From Cystobasidiomycetes sp. EMM_F5 (lineage: Eukaryota): DNA of 64,000 bases. Shown here one piece after another: positions 14,204-31,015 of this stretch. A program made the translations under genes and the position numbers. Below the pieces are notes generated by a model. That model saw nothing but the letters and a program-made list of their open reading frames with translations. It was not told where the DNA came from and did no database searches. The stretch spans positions 186,001 through 250,000 of the forward strand of contig JBPGPT010000014.1 in NCBI GenBank assembly GCA_051047955.1. Reading direction: 5' to 3'. Within the stretch, counting starts at the first letter, position 1, and each line of letters starts with the position of its first letter.

Positions 14204-17200
14204 ATGGTATGTACATCTGCTGCTTGACTGGGGTATACGCTGACTGGTACTCCTGTGCTGGCGGACTCGCAGGTTTCTCCAACAAAACGCAGACGCGACT
14301 CGCTTTCGAATGGTCAAAATGAAAATGGAAACGCAGGAACCGCGGCTGCTGGGTCAGTCAACGGTGTCCCGGGCAACAGCAACGCCAGCAGTGCTCCACC
14401 GTCCTCGCTACCACCATCGTCGCCTCCCCAGCCCTTTTCCAGCGACGTCGAAGACGCTATCAGCGACATTGAGACCGGCGTACAAGACCTCGAAACGGAG
14501 ACTGACGGTGACGGAGGTTTGGAAAGCGAAGGTGAAGGCGAAGATCTGTTCGGGGACGGTATGATAGAGTCAGTATGAACTCCCTGCACGAGCTACATTT
14601 GGCCTCGTATACTGAAGCCGGCCGTCTGACAAACAGCGACTATCAAGAGAATGCTGTTCTCGATCGATACGATGGCATGGATCTAAATGACGATGAAGAC
14701 TTTGATGAAATGGATCCTATCGCTCGTGCAGCTGCCGAACGCAAAATGGCAAGACGCGATCGACGCGACGAACGCGGCGCAGCGCGGGATGAAGCAGGGC
14801 TGCCAGGTGGGAGACCAAGGAGATCGCGAGCGCCCGCCTTTTTGCAGAGTGATTCGGAAGAGAGCGATGGCGAAGCACAACTATTGGAACGCCGCAGACG
14901 GCGGAGAGTCTACGATGAAGCTCAGCCTGTCGATGGGATACTGGACGAGGGCGACGATGAGCTCCCTCTGGAACAGCTCTCTGACGTCAAAGCTAACAGT
15001 ATCAAGGAATGGATAGAGTCCGAACCAGTCCGCCGAACCATCATGCGTGAATTCAAGGGCTTTCTCATGACTTATGTGGACGAACAAGGTACCTCTGTAT
15101 ATGGTCAACGTATCAAAGCGTTGGGCGAGCGTAAGATTCGAGGTTGCAAACAATCATGCGCACGAGACTAACTCGGTATCATCTGATCAGAGAATTCCGA
15201 ATCGCTACATGTGTCCTTTCTCCACCTTTCAGACAGCAAGGCGATTTTGGCATATTTCTTGGCCAATTGCCCGACTACCATGCTGTCTTTGTTTGATCAA
15301 GTCGCTCTGGATGTCATCCTCCTGTATTACCCGGTGTATGAGCGCATACATCCCGAAGTACACGTCCGCATAACCGAGCTGCCGACATCTTACACTTTAC
15401 GAGATCTCCGACAAATCCACCTTGATGCGCTGGTAAGGGTATCTGGCGTAGTCACGAGGAGGACCGGCATCTTTCCCCAGCTTAAATATGTCAAATTCGA
15501 CTGCGGAAAATGTGGTGAAGTATTGGGCCCGTTCTTCCAAGACGCGAGCGCAGAAGTCCGAATAAGCTTCTGCTCTGCGTGCGGAGGCAAAGGACCATTT
15601 TCCGTAAACTCAGAGCAGGTAAGAAGCATTATATAAACTCTGCCTACAACACGCCTGACTCCTGACTTGGCGTTACAGACGGTCTACCGAAATTATCAGA
15701 AAATGACCTTACAGGAGTCTCCTGGATCTGTGCCTGCGGGGCGCCTGCCGCGACACCGAGAAGTGATAATGCTTTGGGATCTGATTGACTCCGCCAAGCC
15801 TGGCGAGGAGATTGTGAGCAGAATGTGATTCCCTTCCGTCTTCTGTTCTGACAACAGTCTGTTTGGGATACAGGAAGTAACTGGCATTTATCGAAACAAT
15901 TTCGACACGTCCTTGAACATCAAGAATGGGTTCCCTGTCTTCAGTACTATCATAGAGGCTAACCACATACTGAAAAAAGAGGATTTGTATTCGTCTTTCC
16001 GATTGACGGAAGAGGACGAGAAACATATCCGCTCGTTGGCGCGCGACCCGCGTATCGGCAAACGCATTGTCAAATCCATCGCGCCCTCAATCTATGGACA
16101 TGATGATATCAAAACTGCTATTGCGCTGTCATTGTTCGGGGGAGTCACCAAGAACATCAACAACAAACATAGGATTCGGGGCGATATCAATGTCCTTTTG
16201 CTAGGTGATCCCGGTACTGCGAAATCACAGTTCTTAAAGTATGTCGAAAAGACAGCACATCGCGCCGTTTTTGCAACAGGTCAAGGCGCGTCAGCTGTTG
16301 GTCTCACCGCTTCCGTCCGGAAAGACCCAGTCACTAGAGAGTGGACGCTTGAAGGTGGAGCTCTGGTGTTGGCGGATAAGGGGGTGTGCTTGATTGACGA
16401 ATTTGACAAGATGAACGATGCCGACCGGACATCCATCCACGAGGCAATGGAACAACAGTCCATCTCTATATCCAAAGCCGGCATCGTCACTACTTTGCAA
16501 GCTCGATGCGCGATAATTGCTGCTGCAAATCCCATTCGCGGACGGTACAACCCAACCATCCCGTTCAGCCAGAATGTTGAGCTCACAGAGCCAATTCTGT
16601 CACGCTTTGACGTCTTATGCGTGGTCAAGGACACTGCGGACCCAGTCCTAGACGAAATGCTGGCTCGCTTTGTGGTTGGTAGTCATACTCGAAGCCACCC
16701 AGACTTTGTTGCCGAGCAAGAGGAGATGCACGTTACTACTAGTCTTGATGCTGATATTTTACCGCAAGATACACTGCGAAAATACATACAGTATGCAAAA
16801 GAACGGATTCAGCCCAATCTCGTTCAGATGGACATGGAGAAGATTTCTCGACTTTACGCGGACTTGAGGAGAGAGTCATTGTCTACGGGCTCATTCCCCA
16901 TCACTGTCCGCCATTTGGAGTCTACCATCCGCATGGCCGAAGCTAGTGCCAAAATGCATCTGCGAAACACCGTCCGCAGCGACGACATTGACCTAGCTAT
17001 TCAGGTCACGATTGCCAGTTTCGTAAGCGCGCAAAAGCTGTCTATCAAAAAGCAACTTGAGCGCGGTTTCAAGAAGTACATGACTCGAGCGCAAGATCAG
17101 GAGGAGCTCCTTGCTTTCTTGCTCGGACAGATTGTGAAAGACAAAGTTCGCTACCATGTCATCCGGAATGGCGACCAGCCGCCCTCGGAAGTGCAGGTCA

Positions 17201-17343
17201 AGCTGTCTGAACTCGAGGAAAGAGCCAAAGAAGTCGAGATATACGATCTAAAGCACTTTATCGGATGTTCTCTGTTCAAGACGAATGGCTACAGACTCAT
17301 TGGAGGCGATCAAATTTGCAAATCTTTCAATTCTGAACTGTGA
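14204..17343 (+). CDS. MCM2: DNA replication licensing factor MCM2
   Basis: ATG-only first coding exon (ATG|gtatgt); acidic histone-binding region EGEDLFGD, C4 zinc finger, [22 protein letters not shown]. Confidence 0.97.
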
Positions 17344-17497
17344 CGTTGTGCGCCTTGTAAGACGCTGCAAGCTCTCCAATGGTGATGAGCGGGTCTTCGA
17401 GCTTCTATAGTTGTGGTTTTTGGCAGTCCATAGGGTAACGGTCGTTGTTGAAATCAAACCAAAAACATGTCCTTTGAGCTTGCAAAGCATCTTGCAT

Positions 17498-19528
17498 TTA
17501 GGCTGGCGTTGCGAAGCCGATGCGATTCTGTCTCATGTCGAATATTGAGCTGTTTTCGTGGCATCAGCGCCCATCCGTCCGATGCCGGTCATGCAACGTA
17601 CTATGTGCCTTATATAGCAAAGGTTGACGTTAGCAACAGTCACCATCTCGCGAAAGTATTCTTACGCACTTTTTAAGAAGGCATCGCCTAATATCCAGGC
17701 ATTCAAACCGACTGCCACATACGTAAGCGGGCAAAGCGAACAAACATCGTTGAGATTCTCGCAAGGCTTACCATCTTGGCCGACTATAGCTCCTACGCAG
17801 GAGGAAGATCCCCGACTGACTTGACCGAGGTTCATGTCGGCGGTCGAGACGCTCCACGTCCTCGATGCACCTGCGAAGACGAATGATACCTGTACGTCAA
17901 CATTAGCAACCGCTCTGTTTTCGAACCGGCTCAGTTCTGACGACTACTCCGCACCTTGGGTGGTCTGTGACATGGGTACGTGTAGTACCCCGAAGCATAT
18001 GGGTAAGGCGCCGAGCCCGGAACACTTGCCCAGAAGTTTCGAGCGTCCTTCGGAGGAGCGATGATTACCGTGGTTCCAGTATCAATGACCATGGAGTAGC
18101 TTTCGCTCGTAACGGGACGTGAGTTGACTTGTGGCACACCGGTGATCAACCAGTATGACTTGGATATGATCGGATACCAGCTAATGGCACCGGAGAATCT
18201 GCGCCGAGTCCCTTTGAGCATCGCAGTCTACCCATTGGCAAGAATAGATCGCCTACTTGGCCGGGTTGGTACCTCCCAGAAACAACTCTGACCCTGTTTT
18301 GCCCAATCGAAAGCTAAAGACAGCGGCATCAACCTGACTTTGCGACACAAGCTATGCTAACATTAGCAACGGTCTCTGAGGCAAGCGAGATATTCCGACT
18401 TACTGTCGTAAAAAAAGGTGACTCGTTCATCTCCGAGATAGATTGAAAGGCCAGTCCCATAATGCCATCTTCGACTTCACCACCGAAAGAGTCGGAGGTC
18501 TCGGTTACTGCACTGAAAGCTTGCCCAAACGCCGTGACGCCTCCAACGGTAACATCGTCGCGATAGGCTGGGCTAATGGCTGTCTGGCGTTAGAAAGGAA
18601 GAGTGCTCGTCAAAGTGACCCACCCAGATGATGTCGAACCGTCTCCATACGATCTTTGCATTGAAGATAAACTTAGAAGGTAGCGATGCTGTATCTGAGA
18701 AGAATTGACTTACATCGAAAACGTCTTACCGTCTAGATTCTGGCTACTTCGGCTAGCAGCTGCATCGTACTTATTGTGCGACTGACAGCCCTTTGCCTTA
18801 CATTGCACGCTCGGTACCCAGAAATCTGCTGAGCCCCTGTTGAAAAACGGTGTCGGCTTAGCGCACCACAGACAGATACGATGTGCATACGTATCGAAGT
18901 CGATTTCGAAAGTCTGACCGTTCGAGCCAATGACTGCCGATCCTACCCAAAGGAGGTCGTTGCTGATATCTTTCAGTGGTGCAGAGCCCGTGCGTCGAGC
19001 ACGAAGTCTACTTTGACCACGAGCCGCAAACGATCTTTGATTGTTACTTGGACGCTGCCCGTGAGTGTAACTTTTCGACGAAGGTCTCATCATTGCTTCG
19101 GAAGTCGGGGTACTCGCAGGCGAAGAAGCCGTGCTGGGCTTGGCATAGCTAGAATCAGGATTGCTTGTAAAGTTCAGGCTCGTAAGAGTCTCCCAAGTCG
19201 ATGGCATGGTCGGCTCCGGTACCACGAAGATCTGACCAGTGTTTTTTCGATAATTGTAGAGACCTTGCTGATACTTGGCGTCGACCATTGTTACATGCCG
19301 TTGTATTGATTCAAAGTCGATCACACTGGCGTCTGCAGGGGCAGTTGGTCCTGCCACGCCTGAGCTCGTGGACGTGTTCGCAGCATCAGGCTGGATTTGA
19401 CGCTTATATAGTGGAATTGAAATGCCTCTTCCTGCGGCCGGCGCAGTAGGCATGGCTGCCGACAGCCTCCATAATATCAGGGGCAGGAGGATAGATGAGT
19501 AAGATATAAGGATATGGGCTCTGACCAT
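17498..19528 (-). CDS. Secreted pepsin-like aspartic protease (A1)
   Basis: Signal peptide, propeptide, catalytic FDT|GSADFWV and IDTGTT motifs, C-terminal RIGFATPA*. Confidence 0.9.
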
Positions 19529-19907
19529 GATTTACTTTGGCGGAAGGCGGGATACGAGGCGGGTTTGCACCAGGCAGCTGCCGCAAGGAAATGGAAAGGT
19601 GCAGAAGAAGAGACCAGCTCGTGCACAATGAAGTGAGAGTGAGTAAGAAGAGGAGAGGGAAGGAATGGGAGGGTCTGTGCTACGTGCGTGGGCAGAGCAC
19701 GATGGTTGTTCATCACGTACATCCGTTCCGGGTCAATGCAGGGAGATGTTACTTCAAGGTCCCGCTTGGGATGTCATGCAAGAACAAAGCACACGTCCCG
19801 CGTCAGTAAGTACGCCTTGTCAGCTGTCTCGCGATATTTCCGCGCGCGACACATTGGAGCCGGTGGCGTATGACTTCCTGAGTAAGCCCCGACTGCGACT
19901 CCCGTGC

Positions 19908-21514
<1,607 letters not shown>

Positions 21515-21776
21515 ACATGTCATGGAAGTAGAGCCAATCTTACTAGATTATGAGCATATCTTGCGCATCGCAACACCGACGTAGCTAATGCAGGAAGCTT
21601 GCTTCTACTTGTGCTTGCGTCCTCACATTGTACGATTCTGCTCTGCGGTACCACTGTACTTAGCAATCGGCGAGCCAGCACGTCAGGCAGCCGAATTGAG
21701 CTCATGAGTTACTTGACTCCAACCCAAGACATTTGTTGACACTCAGACCGCCATTCGCTAAACGAGCACATCAAAT

Positions 21777-22511
21777 ATGTCATGGCAAGGTGAGTTCTCT
21801 GCTTGCTCGCGACTTACGGCACAAGATGTGGGCCGTATCGTTGGCGAAAGATTACAACTGAGCCGGAACGGTCTGCCTAATGATACTGACGGGGTGACCG
21901 CAGAGTACGTTGACAACAACATGGTGGGCACTGGCAAATTGCGAGCAGCCGCCATTATCGGACAGCAAGGTGGGGTTTGGGCGACATCGTCTCAATTCGA
22001 TGTAAGTTGTACCGTCCCGCACCTTGAGCATACGCACGAGCAGGATCCTGATCATGGTTACAAACACCGATACCTTTTCTGACACGCTATGCGGTAACAG
22101 ATCACTGCGGAACAGCAAGCCACCATCACCAAGGCCTTCAAATCCGGCGACCCAGCTGACTTTCAGTCTGGCGGCATCAAGCTCGGAAAAAATAAATTCA
22201 TGTTTCTCAGACAGAACGATAATTCATTCTACGGCAAGAAAGGTGTAAGTGCAACCGAAAGGTCCTCTTGCCGTGACCGTTCCTGGCGTGTTGTGGAGCG
22301 GATCAAGAACAAAATGACCCTTGCTGACTTTTGCTGTCCATTTCTGCTGATTTAAAATGACGATGATGACGATGAATAGAGCGAAGGATGCTGTGTCACA
22401 AAATCCAAGCAGGCAATTTTGATAGGCGAATATCCAGAAGGCGTTACAGCTGTTGAAGCCAACAAGGTGGTTGAGGACCTAGCTGCCTATCTGGAGTCTG
22501 TTGGATTTTAG
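21777..22511 (+). CDS. PFY1: Profilin
   Basis: Spliced MSWQ|EYVDNNMVG...GGVWATS...GIKLGKNKFMFL...VEDLAAYLESVGF*. Confidence 0.92.
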
Positions 22512-22982
22512 ATTCTAGTCGGGACTCGCCTTCGGATCTAGCACATTATCTGCCTGGACTTGAGATTAACAAGGAACTGCCTGTCGTGCTCCTTGGGGAA
22601 TGGAGGGGACGCCCCTTTGCTTTCGAGTTCGAGAATGATAGTCGATGCCTACTCAAACTGTGTGCATGAGCTGCAGCGTTGCATGGCCCTTAGCACACTC
22701 AGGGTTTGGCTTGTGTAGAGACAGCGTTAAGCGCAGTTTGGCCACAACGAAACATCCCGCGATTGCTGTGAATGAGGGTAAATAACGTGCGGAGATATAA
22801 GAGGCTTACGGTCTTCTCACGACCTCAGATCAGGCCGTCTTGACTATTCATCGAGTATCATTGGAGTTCCTCTCGGTGTTTCTCCGCAAGACCTCGATTG
22901 CCTAGGCCTTGCCAGACTGCCAATTGCAACCTACTATCGATATTACCCACCCGTAGACAATCTGATTGACAATCTGACCAGC

Positions 22983-24215
<1,233 letters not shown>

Positions 24216-24287
24216 CAACCGCTTCATATACTGGACAGTTTAGGGGCTTAGTTGTTTAATGATCCGCATGCAAGTGTGTGCACACTT

Positions 24288-25450
24288 TCACTCTGCGGAA
24301 CATTCACTACGCTCTATGACGTTATCCACTTTGTTTTGCGCATATAACAACTCAACCGTCTTCAGATAAGAGGCGGGGATTGCCAGCGGACTAATGATGC
24401 TTACGTTCTGACCAAAGCGCTTGTAATTCGTGCTATTGAAGTGGCTCGAATGATTTCGGGCGAATGCGTCCATGCTCTCTAAGCTTGACACCTCATCAAC
24501 GACGATATAGCGCGATACTGCTTTCGGAAAAGGGAGTGGCAGCCCTGGTATCAAAGCTGAATATTGCGTTCCGAAGCCAGTGTAGTTGTGCGACACTGCT
24601 TACACGGGTTATTCCTTCGCAAACATTGCTGCGGCTGTTCGTAAAACCCTACACTGAAGAGCAACGAAAGCCGTGTGCCTCAGTCAGGTGCACCACGGCA
24701 GCCGATTCCACCGTGGCCCCATGCCACTAGCCTACGTGACAGTCTTCCTGATAGAATCTTGTCAATGACTGGCAGCGTTGATGCACAGGAAGCTGAAAAC
24801 TGAAAAGAGGCTTTTAGGGTGTTTCGGTCGCTGCGGCAACGTCTTATCTGTATAGAGCGTGCATGCTTCTTCCTACGAGTGTCAAGTCAGCAAGCAACAT
24901 GCGGTGCAGTTCTACAGACAAGAGCCTCAACATTATACACAAGTAGTGAGAGCTAGACCATGTAGCGGTTGCAAAGTGAGTGACCTTCACTCTTTGTCTT
25001 GAACAAAAGCCGGATGTGTGCCTGACAAGTGGCAATTCTCGGGCAAGTCCACGCTAAATGTACGTTTGAGTTCTTCAACCCTAGGGCGTAAACTCGTATG
25101 GCACTCATACGAATTATCATGCTTAGTCAAGGCATACGCTTTGGGGCACTGACGTAAAGCTGGGGTAGCTTTTGTTCTCCGGAAATTGACGCCCACTCAA
25201 TCAATTGACGGCGCTTAGAGTGGGATGTGACGATATCCGATATATACTTGGACGCAAAGCTTTGCAGGCGGTGGCGTGTCCACGTCGATGACCCTGACCA
25301 CGCTATCGAGGCCGAACCGCAAAAAGCGGCCAAGTCTGCCATGCCTGCAAAGGCCCTCTGCACGGTCCTCCCAGCTCAGTGCGATCTCACTAACCTAACC
25401 TGCGTAGGAGCTCAAGATGAGTGCGAGGCTTACCTTCCTGTGTGATTTCT
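24288..25450 (-). CDS. Possible multi-exon hypothetical gene
   Basis: Protein-like terminal ORF 24288-24596 plus upstream segments bounded by GT/AG; model not resolved. Confidence 0.35.
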
Positions 25451-26124
25451 TCTGCTCCTTGCTGCTTGCGCTCCCCTTACTATCGCCCTTTCCGATTCCT
25501 CGCTAAAGCGATTCGAAACAGCTTAAGTGGAGCCCCTTTGCGGACAAGTGTGCCGAGCACAACCACACGGCCTCGACAGCCTGTTTCGGCGAGAGTTGGG
25601 AAGACTGCGATACCACAAGGCAAGCGGCACCATATGTTTACCTGAATGCGGACATAACCCGGCTGACATCACGTGCTGAATTTACAGCGAACAAAGGCCA
25701 TTGCTCGGAGTTGTCTGGTCGTGACTACTGTACCATAAAAGAAGGGTACATGGTGTCACCAATTTCTGATCGGCAGGCAGACTCCATGCTGGGCAGGACC
25801 GATCTTCCTACATATCACAACGTTGATCATTGCGGTACGAGCTTCCCGACCGAATTAAACTGTATGCTTTGAGAGCGCAAAGCTGACACAATTACTCTCA
25901 TTGCAACGCTTTGGGTGTCTGCGTTCCTCGCCCCTCTCCCTCCTACCTCCGGTCGTTTCAATCTCGTCTGTCGTCCACTTTCTCCCCACTGCGCAGTCGG
26001 TCAGTTTTCCAGCACCAACAATCCGCTTGGTGCTCAATCGGCACCTACAAGAAGACTACTTCCCGTAGCGCCGAGGCGGCCGCATCTGCAACGGTCAAAG
26101 ACCGCGACCATTCCGATCAACAAC

Positions 26125-27566
26125 ATGTATCCGCTCAATGCGATAGCGAATTGGACGTCACAAGTCAATCACACTGTGCCTAACTCACCTGCCGCGATTT
26201 GGTACGAGGCTGCTTCCGAATGTCCTGCCGACGACGATGGGCAGCGGTCTGGATCTGAATCATCGTCCATCTCCGTTCCGCCTCTGGCACAACCGGGCGA
26301 CAAGTTCAGTAAAGTTGCCCGCCCGCCAAATGCTTGGATTCTGTATCGTTCGGATAAGCTTGTGGAGTACAGGAAGCTTAACCCCGAGATGTACGAGAAA
26401 ATGAGTCGAAGCAAAGCGGATCGCGGTATTCGACCAACGCAGGCGAACATGTCGAAAACCATTGCTGAATGGTGGGCCAAGGAACCGCAGTCGGTGAAAG
26501 ACCACTACCACAAAGAAGCTACAGCTCGGAGCGTACGCCATCAAGCGGAGTATCCGGGTGCGTGCTGCAAAATTGCGGTATTTGACGCTCAATCCTGATA
26601 CAGGCACTTGCAGGTTACCGTTTCAATCCGAACAAGTGTCGCAAGCGGAAGCTGGAGAAGAAGCTGCGAATTGCCAAAAATGCTGCTAAGGCACTTAGCG
26701 TTGAAACTGGCTTACTGTCTCCGATACAACTTGGAACGTCTCTCTTTTCAGCTGGCCTGCAGGCCTCCCCCCTACTATATTATGGGGCACAAGGCTATTC
26801 CGCTGACAACCATGTCCCAGCAATGCTGGACCAAATGACCCAGCCTATGCCAATATGCGGTGCACATAAAGGCCGCAGTCCTTCGCTGGCAGCCAAGCTA
26901 GACGAAATCTTCGCAGATCCGACCTTGACGCCATATTCCGCATCACTCGCGTCTTCCTTCTCTTCTTCAGTGACCAGCCCGTCCGATGCCTGGCCGTGGA
27001 GTCCACCGCAGCCCAGTCCTCTCCCACTGTTTGCGCACAGTACTACCTTCCCGCTGCAGGACACCTACCTGAATCACAGCCAGCAAGCGACTGCCAAGTT
27101 GCCGCAGAATGATTATTCGGCTCAGAGTCAGCCCATATCTACGGAATTGCCACCAACCTTCTCGACTTTCATCACGCCAGATTGCCCGGTGTTTGACTTT
27201 GGCACAGCCAATACGCCAGATTTACAAGGGCAATACTCAGGGGACGCATTCTCGGCGGGAACGAGCCCGACGTTTGCCTCACCTGAGCAGGAAGCAGAGG
27301 ATGATTCAGCCTTCTCATTCGCTTTTGAAGGAATCGAGACTTCGTCGGCTGCAGCATCTGTCGGCGCTTCGCCTGAAACTGCTAGTTCATCTGAAGAAGC
27401 TGGCTGGCGGAGATACCGAACATGCACAGGTCAGTCCTACAAAGTCGATACACCCTTCTGCTTATGCTGAACGTCCATTGTCTTGATAGTCAAGCTACCC
27501 AACGGTCTCGAAACCTCTCTAGAGGAATTGATGCTGTCTCTTCGAAATGACGAAGTTTCTGCCTGA
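26125..27566 (+). CDS. HMG-box transcription factor (MATA_HMG/Rox1/Ste11-like)
   Basis: RPPNAWILYR...QANMSKTIAEWW...HQAEYPG|YRFNP; S/P-rich C-terminus; start could lie upstream. Confidence 0.88.
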
Positions 27567-27999
27567 TGTCCTTGCGAGATATCTGCAGGCTCGCCGTAGC
27601 TTGCGATGGATGTCAAGGCTGGAGATAAATTATGCAGTGTATGCTGAAGTACAGTTCAAAGTGCAGTGGGGCAACGCGTGTTGAGCACGCTTGAGGGCTA
27701 GATCAGTAAATTAGCGTAAGAGAGTACAAAAGCATCGGCAAATTTGTTCAGGAGAGTGCACTAATATTGCAAAGCCAACATGCGTTGTTGTTCAGCATAG
27801 ATCCTTTCGAGCTTCGAATCGGGTTGTCCCAAGGTTGTGCTTTTGCTAGCGAGATTGCAAGGTACCAACACCCACCACGAGCAAGATTTCTGCATTCTCG
27901 GGCCCACCTTTCGCATCGAAACGCACAAGACAATCCTGGTGATTTGCTGACCGCGCTGACCGCGTTTGTTGCTGGCTGTACGTGAAACCTGCGGGCGAC

Positions 28000-28739
28000 A
28001 TGTGGTTGACGGACCAGCAGAAGTGAGTACGCCCAGTACAATGATGCGCACCTACAACTGTCACACTCATACTGCGCTCTTATGGCGCCGCTCAGGATTG
28101 GCGTAGGCGTGACAAGCTTCGGATTGCTGTTTCTTGTGTTGGGCGTTGTGACCTTTTTCGACGCGGCTTTACTTGCTTTAGGCGATGTAAGTCCGAGGGC
28201 ATCATTATTGATGCCTCATCAATGACTGATTGCTTTCTGCAGATTCTCTTCCTGTCTGGCATAACACTCGTCATCGGGCCAAGAAAAGCAAGTCGCCGAC
28301 AATTTAAAAGGGTTGAAGGCTATTCGCATTGACTGATGTGGGGACTTCCTCCGCAGACGGTCGCATTCTTCGCACGGCGCAATAAGCTACGCGGAACAGC
28401 ATGCTTTATGGGCGGTATTGGCTTGGTCTTTCTACGGTACCCGTTTTGGGGAATGCTCATCGAGATGTTCGGGTTTCTCAACCTCTTTGGGTGAGCAGCG
28501 CGCCTTCCCCTGTATACTATACAAGTTCTGAATGATTTTCGTCGACCGATGTAGTGACTTCTTTCCCGTCGTCGTTACTTTCCTGCGTCAGGTCCCGCTG
28601 GTCGGCACTTTCTTAAATATGCCTGGAGTCCGACAAGTACGGCAAGCACCGAAGCTGATCAAGCGTTCGCTGAGCAGTTCCTACACGACAGGTAGTTGAC
28701 AGGCTAGCTGGCGCAGGTGCCCGCCAATCTCCAGTGTAG
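28000..28739 (+). CDS. GOT1: Golgi transport protein Got1
   Basis: Spliced MWLTDQQK|IGVG...FFDAALLALGD|ILFLSG...KLRGTACFMGG...FLNLFG|DFFP; contains a GC-AG intron. Confidence 0.93.
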
Positions 28740-28942
28740 ACATCACTTGACGCGTGATTATAACGAACAGATACGCTCGCGCAGTATAATGCCCACACAT
28801 GGTCAATGTAATTCTTTATTGTAGTGCAATAGACAGTCGCATGAATAGCAATCCGAAAGACTGCATTTGCCATGCATCGTGCCCATATGCGCGATCATAG
28901 TTCCATACGAGCTGTCGTAAACTTTCTCTTGACCCTGTCTTC

Positions 28943-30861
28943 ATGGCTGGCCCATCATTTTCGGAATTGAAGGCAACTCGTCGTGACTCCAGGGCAGCCG
29001 CGTTAGCTTCGACCTCCACAGACAAAACCCCTCTACCTTCGAAGAAGACAGATGACGACAGCCTGAGCGCGTCGCTTTACGATGAGCTGGACAGGAATCT
29101 CCTGAAGATACAACAAACGCCGGCAGCTGGTCGTTCACTTTTTGCGGTAAAGGCAATTGCAGCGGGAACAGTCATCCTCAAGACGGAACCTTTCGTTGCC
29201 ATACTGGACAAGCGACACTCGCCACTACTCTGTGCTAATTGTTTCGCAGAGCCGCGACAAGGAACGCAGCTACAGCGTTGTTCAGCGTGCAAAGCATGTT
29301 TCTACTGCTCCACTGTGCGCAGCTAGCAATACTACTTACGCGACCGCTTGCTGACTGTATCAACAATATGATCAAAAGGCCTGCCAGGCGGCACAATGGA
29401 AGATGGATCTTCATAAGCTAGATTGCGGGCACCTGAAGGAATGGGCAAAAATCTGTCGGGCTGCAGGGCGGAAGGTCGATGAGGAAATTCCTGATACTCC
29501 AATAAGGGGATTGGGCAGATTGCTGATGTTGAAGGCGCACAGAACTGCTCAGGTAAGGGACGTATGCTTGGACACGATCCGAAGTGATTATGGCGCTCAG
29601 GTATCGAGTTGCCCACAGTGGTGGGAGCAGGTTCGCTCTTTGGCGGAAACCAACGTGACTGAGGATGAAGAACGTCAAAATCAAGGCGCTTTGGTGCTAG
29701 CAATTTCGCAGTACGTTGCGGGACAGGGTTCCCTCACCTCGTTCTTCCCCGGAATGGACGCGAAGGCTATAACCCGTTCTCTGCTCGCATTGGCAAACCA
29801 ATTTGCAACCAATACCTTCTCTCTCACTCTGCCCGATCTAACGAACATCGGCGTAGCAATTAGTCCAACAGTCGCTCTGATAAACCACTCATGCGAACCA
29901 AACGTGGCTGTATGTTTCCCGAGAGGACCGAACAAGGGCATGCACGTTGTCGCTTTTCGCGACATCAAGGCCGGTGAGGAGGTGTTGTCCTCCTACATAG
30001 ATGTCACACTGCCACGGGAACAGCGGCAGCAAAATCTTCTTAAGCAATACAAGTTTGTGTGCAATTGTGCCCTATGTTTGTCCGAGGCAAAACAGTTCAA
30101 TGCTAGGTCAGCCGTGAGGTGCGATAAAGTCACATGCCCAGGCATATGTGAAGCCTCGAGTAACGTACAGTCACATTGCTTACTGACAGAAATGCGACTG
30201 ATATATCGCTTCGATACGCAGAATCCTTCACCCCTGTCACATGTTTGACTTGTCACTCGAAGCGGACGCTGAATGTAGAACGAACGACTGGAAAAGATCT
30301 CGGAACAAGATGGGCCTTGCAAGAAGCCGCGGAACAGCTCTCGAGTAGCTCGGAAAGCATCAGTCAGTTGTATGCCCAAACCCTTCTGCTAATCTGATGC
30401 CCGTAATTTCAGCACCAGCAAAACAAGCAGCTTTGGAGATCTTGATTTTTCAGCTCACTGAAATTCAGCGATTCCACCCCGCATCATATCCCTTATTGGC
30501 AATACATCGACTAGCTTTAGACAGGTGTCTTGACAGGGATGCAGAGCAATGCGGTACTGCGCGCTACCAACAGGCAGCAAAATATGCACACGAGATCTGC
30601 GCGGGATTGGACACCATTCTCCACCCCGGACACCCAGTACGGGCAGTGCAGCGGACTGTGCTTGGTCGACTGATGAGCATATGTTCTGAAAATGACCAGG
30701 CTGCTAACACGATCAATACTAGCGCGGCTTGCGTAGTCTTGGAGCATGCGCACAAAGAACTCGAGCTCGCCTTCGGTCGTGAGGGGATACTGCGTGACCA
30801 AATTGGTGCGGAGATCGCGCAACTTAGGCGAGACCTGGCTATACGCCAGCAGCTGCATTAG
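28943..30861 (+). CDS. SET-MYND (SMYD-type) lysine methyltransferase
   Basis: GRSLFA, MYND CxxC pairs, NHSCEPN, GEEVLSSY, post-SET CNCALC, helical C-terminal region. Confidence 0.9.
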
Positions 30862-31015
30862 CTTGAAAGCTGCAGGGATATGTTGTCAGTTGTGCATTTC
30901 AGCGCAGTGATGAGGCAGTGAAAAGCCAGGATGATTCCGAAGATAGCAAACTCCCTTGTTATTGCATGAACAACGACCATATCCATGACTGCACGCCGTG
31001 ATTGCTGTGACCATT

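Noticed and set aside
22245..22379. TGATGA and CTGA boxes in a longer profilin intron as a C/D snoRNA
   Set aside because: The boxes are in the wrong order, and TGATGA is part of a GAT/GAC repeat abutting the acceptor.
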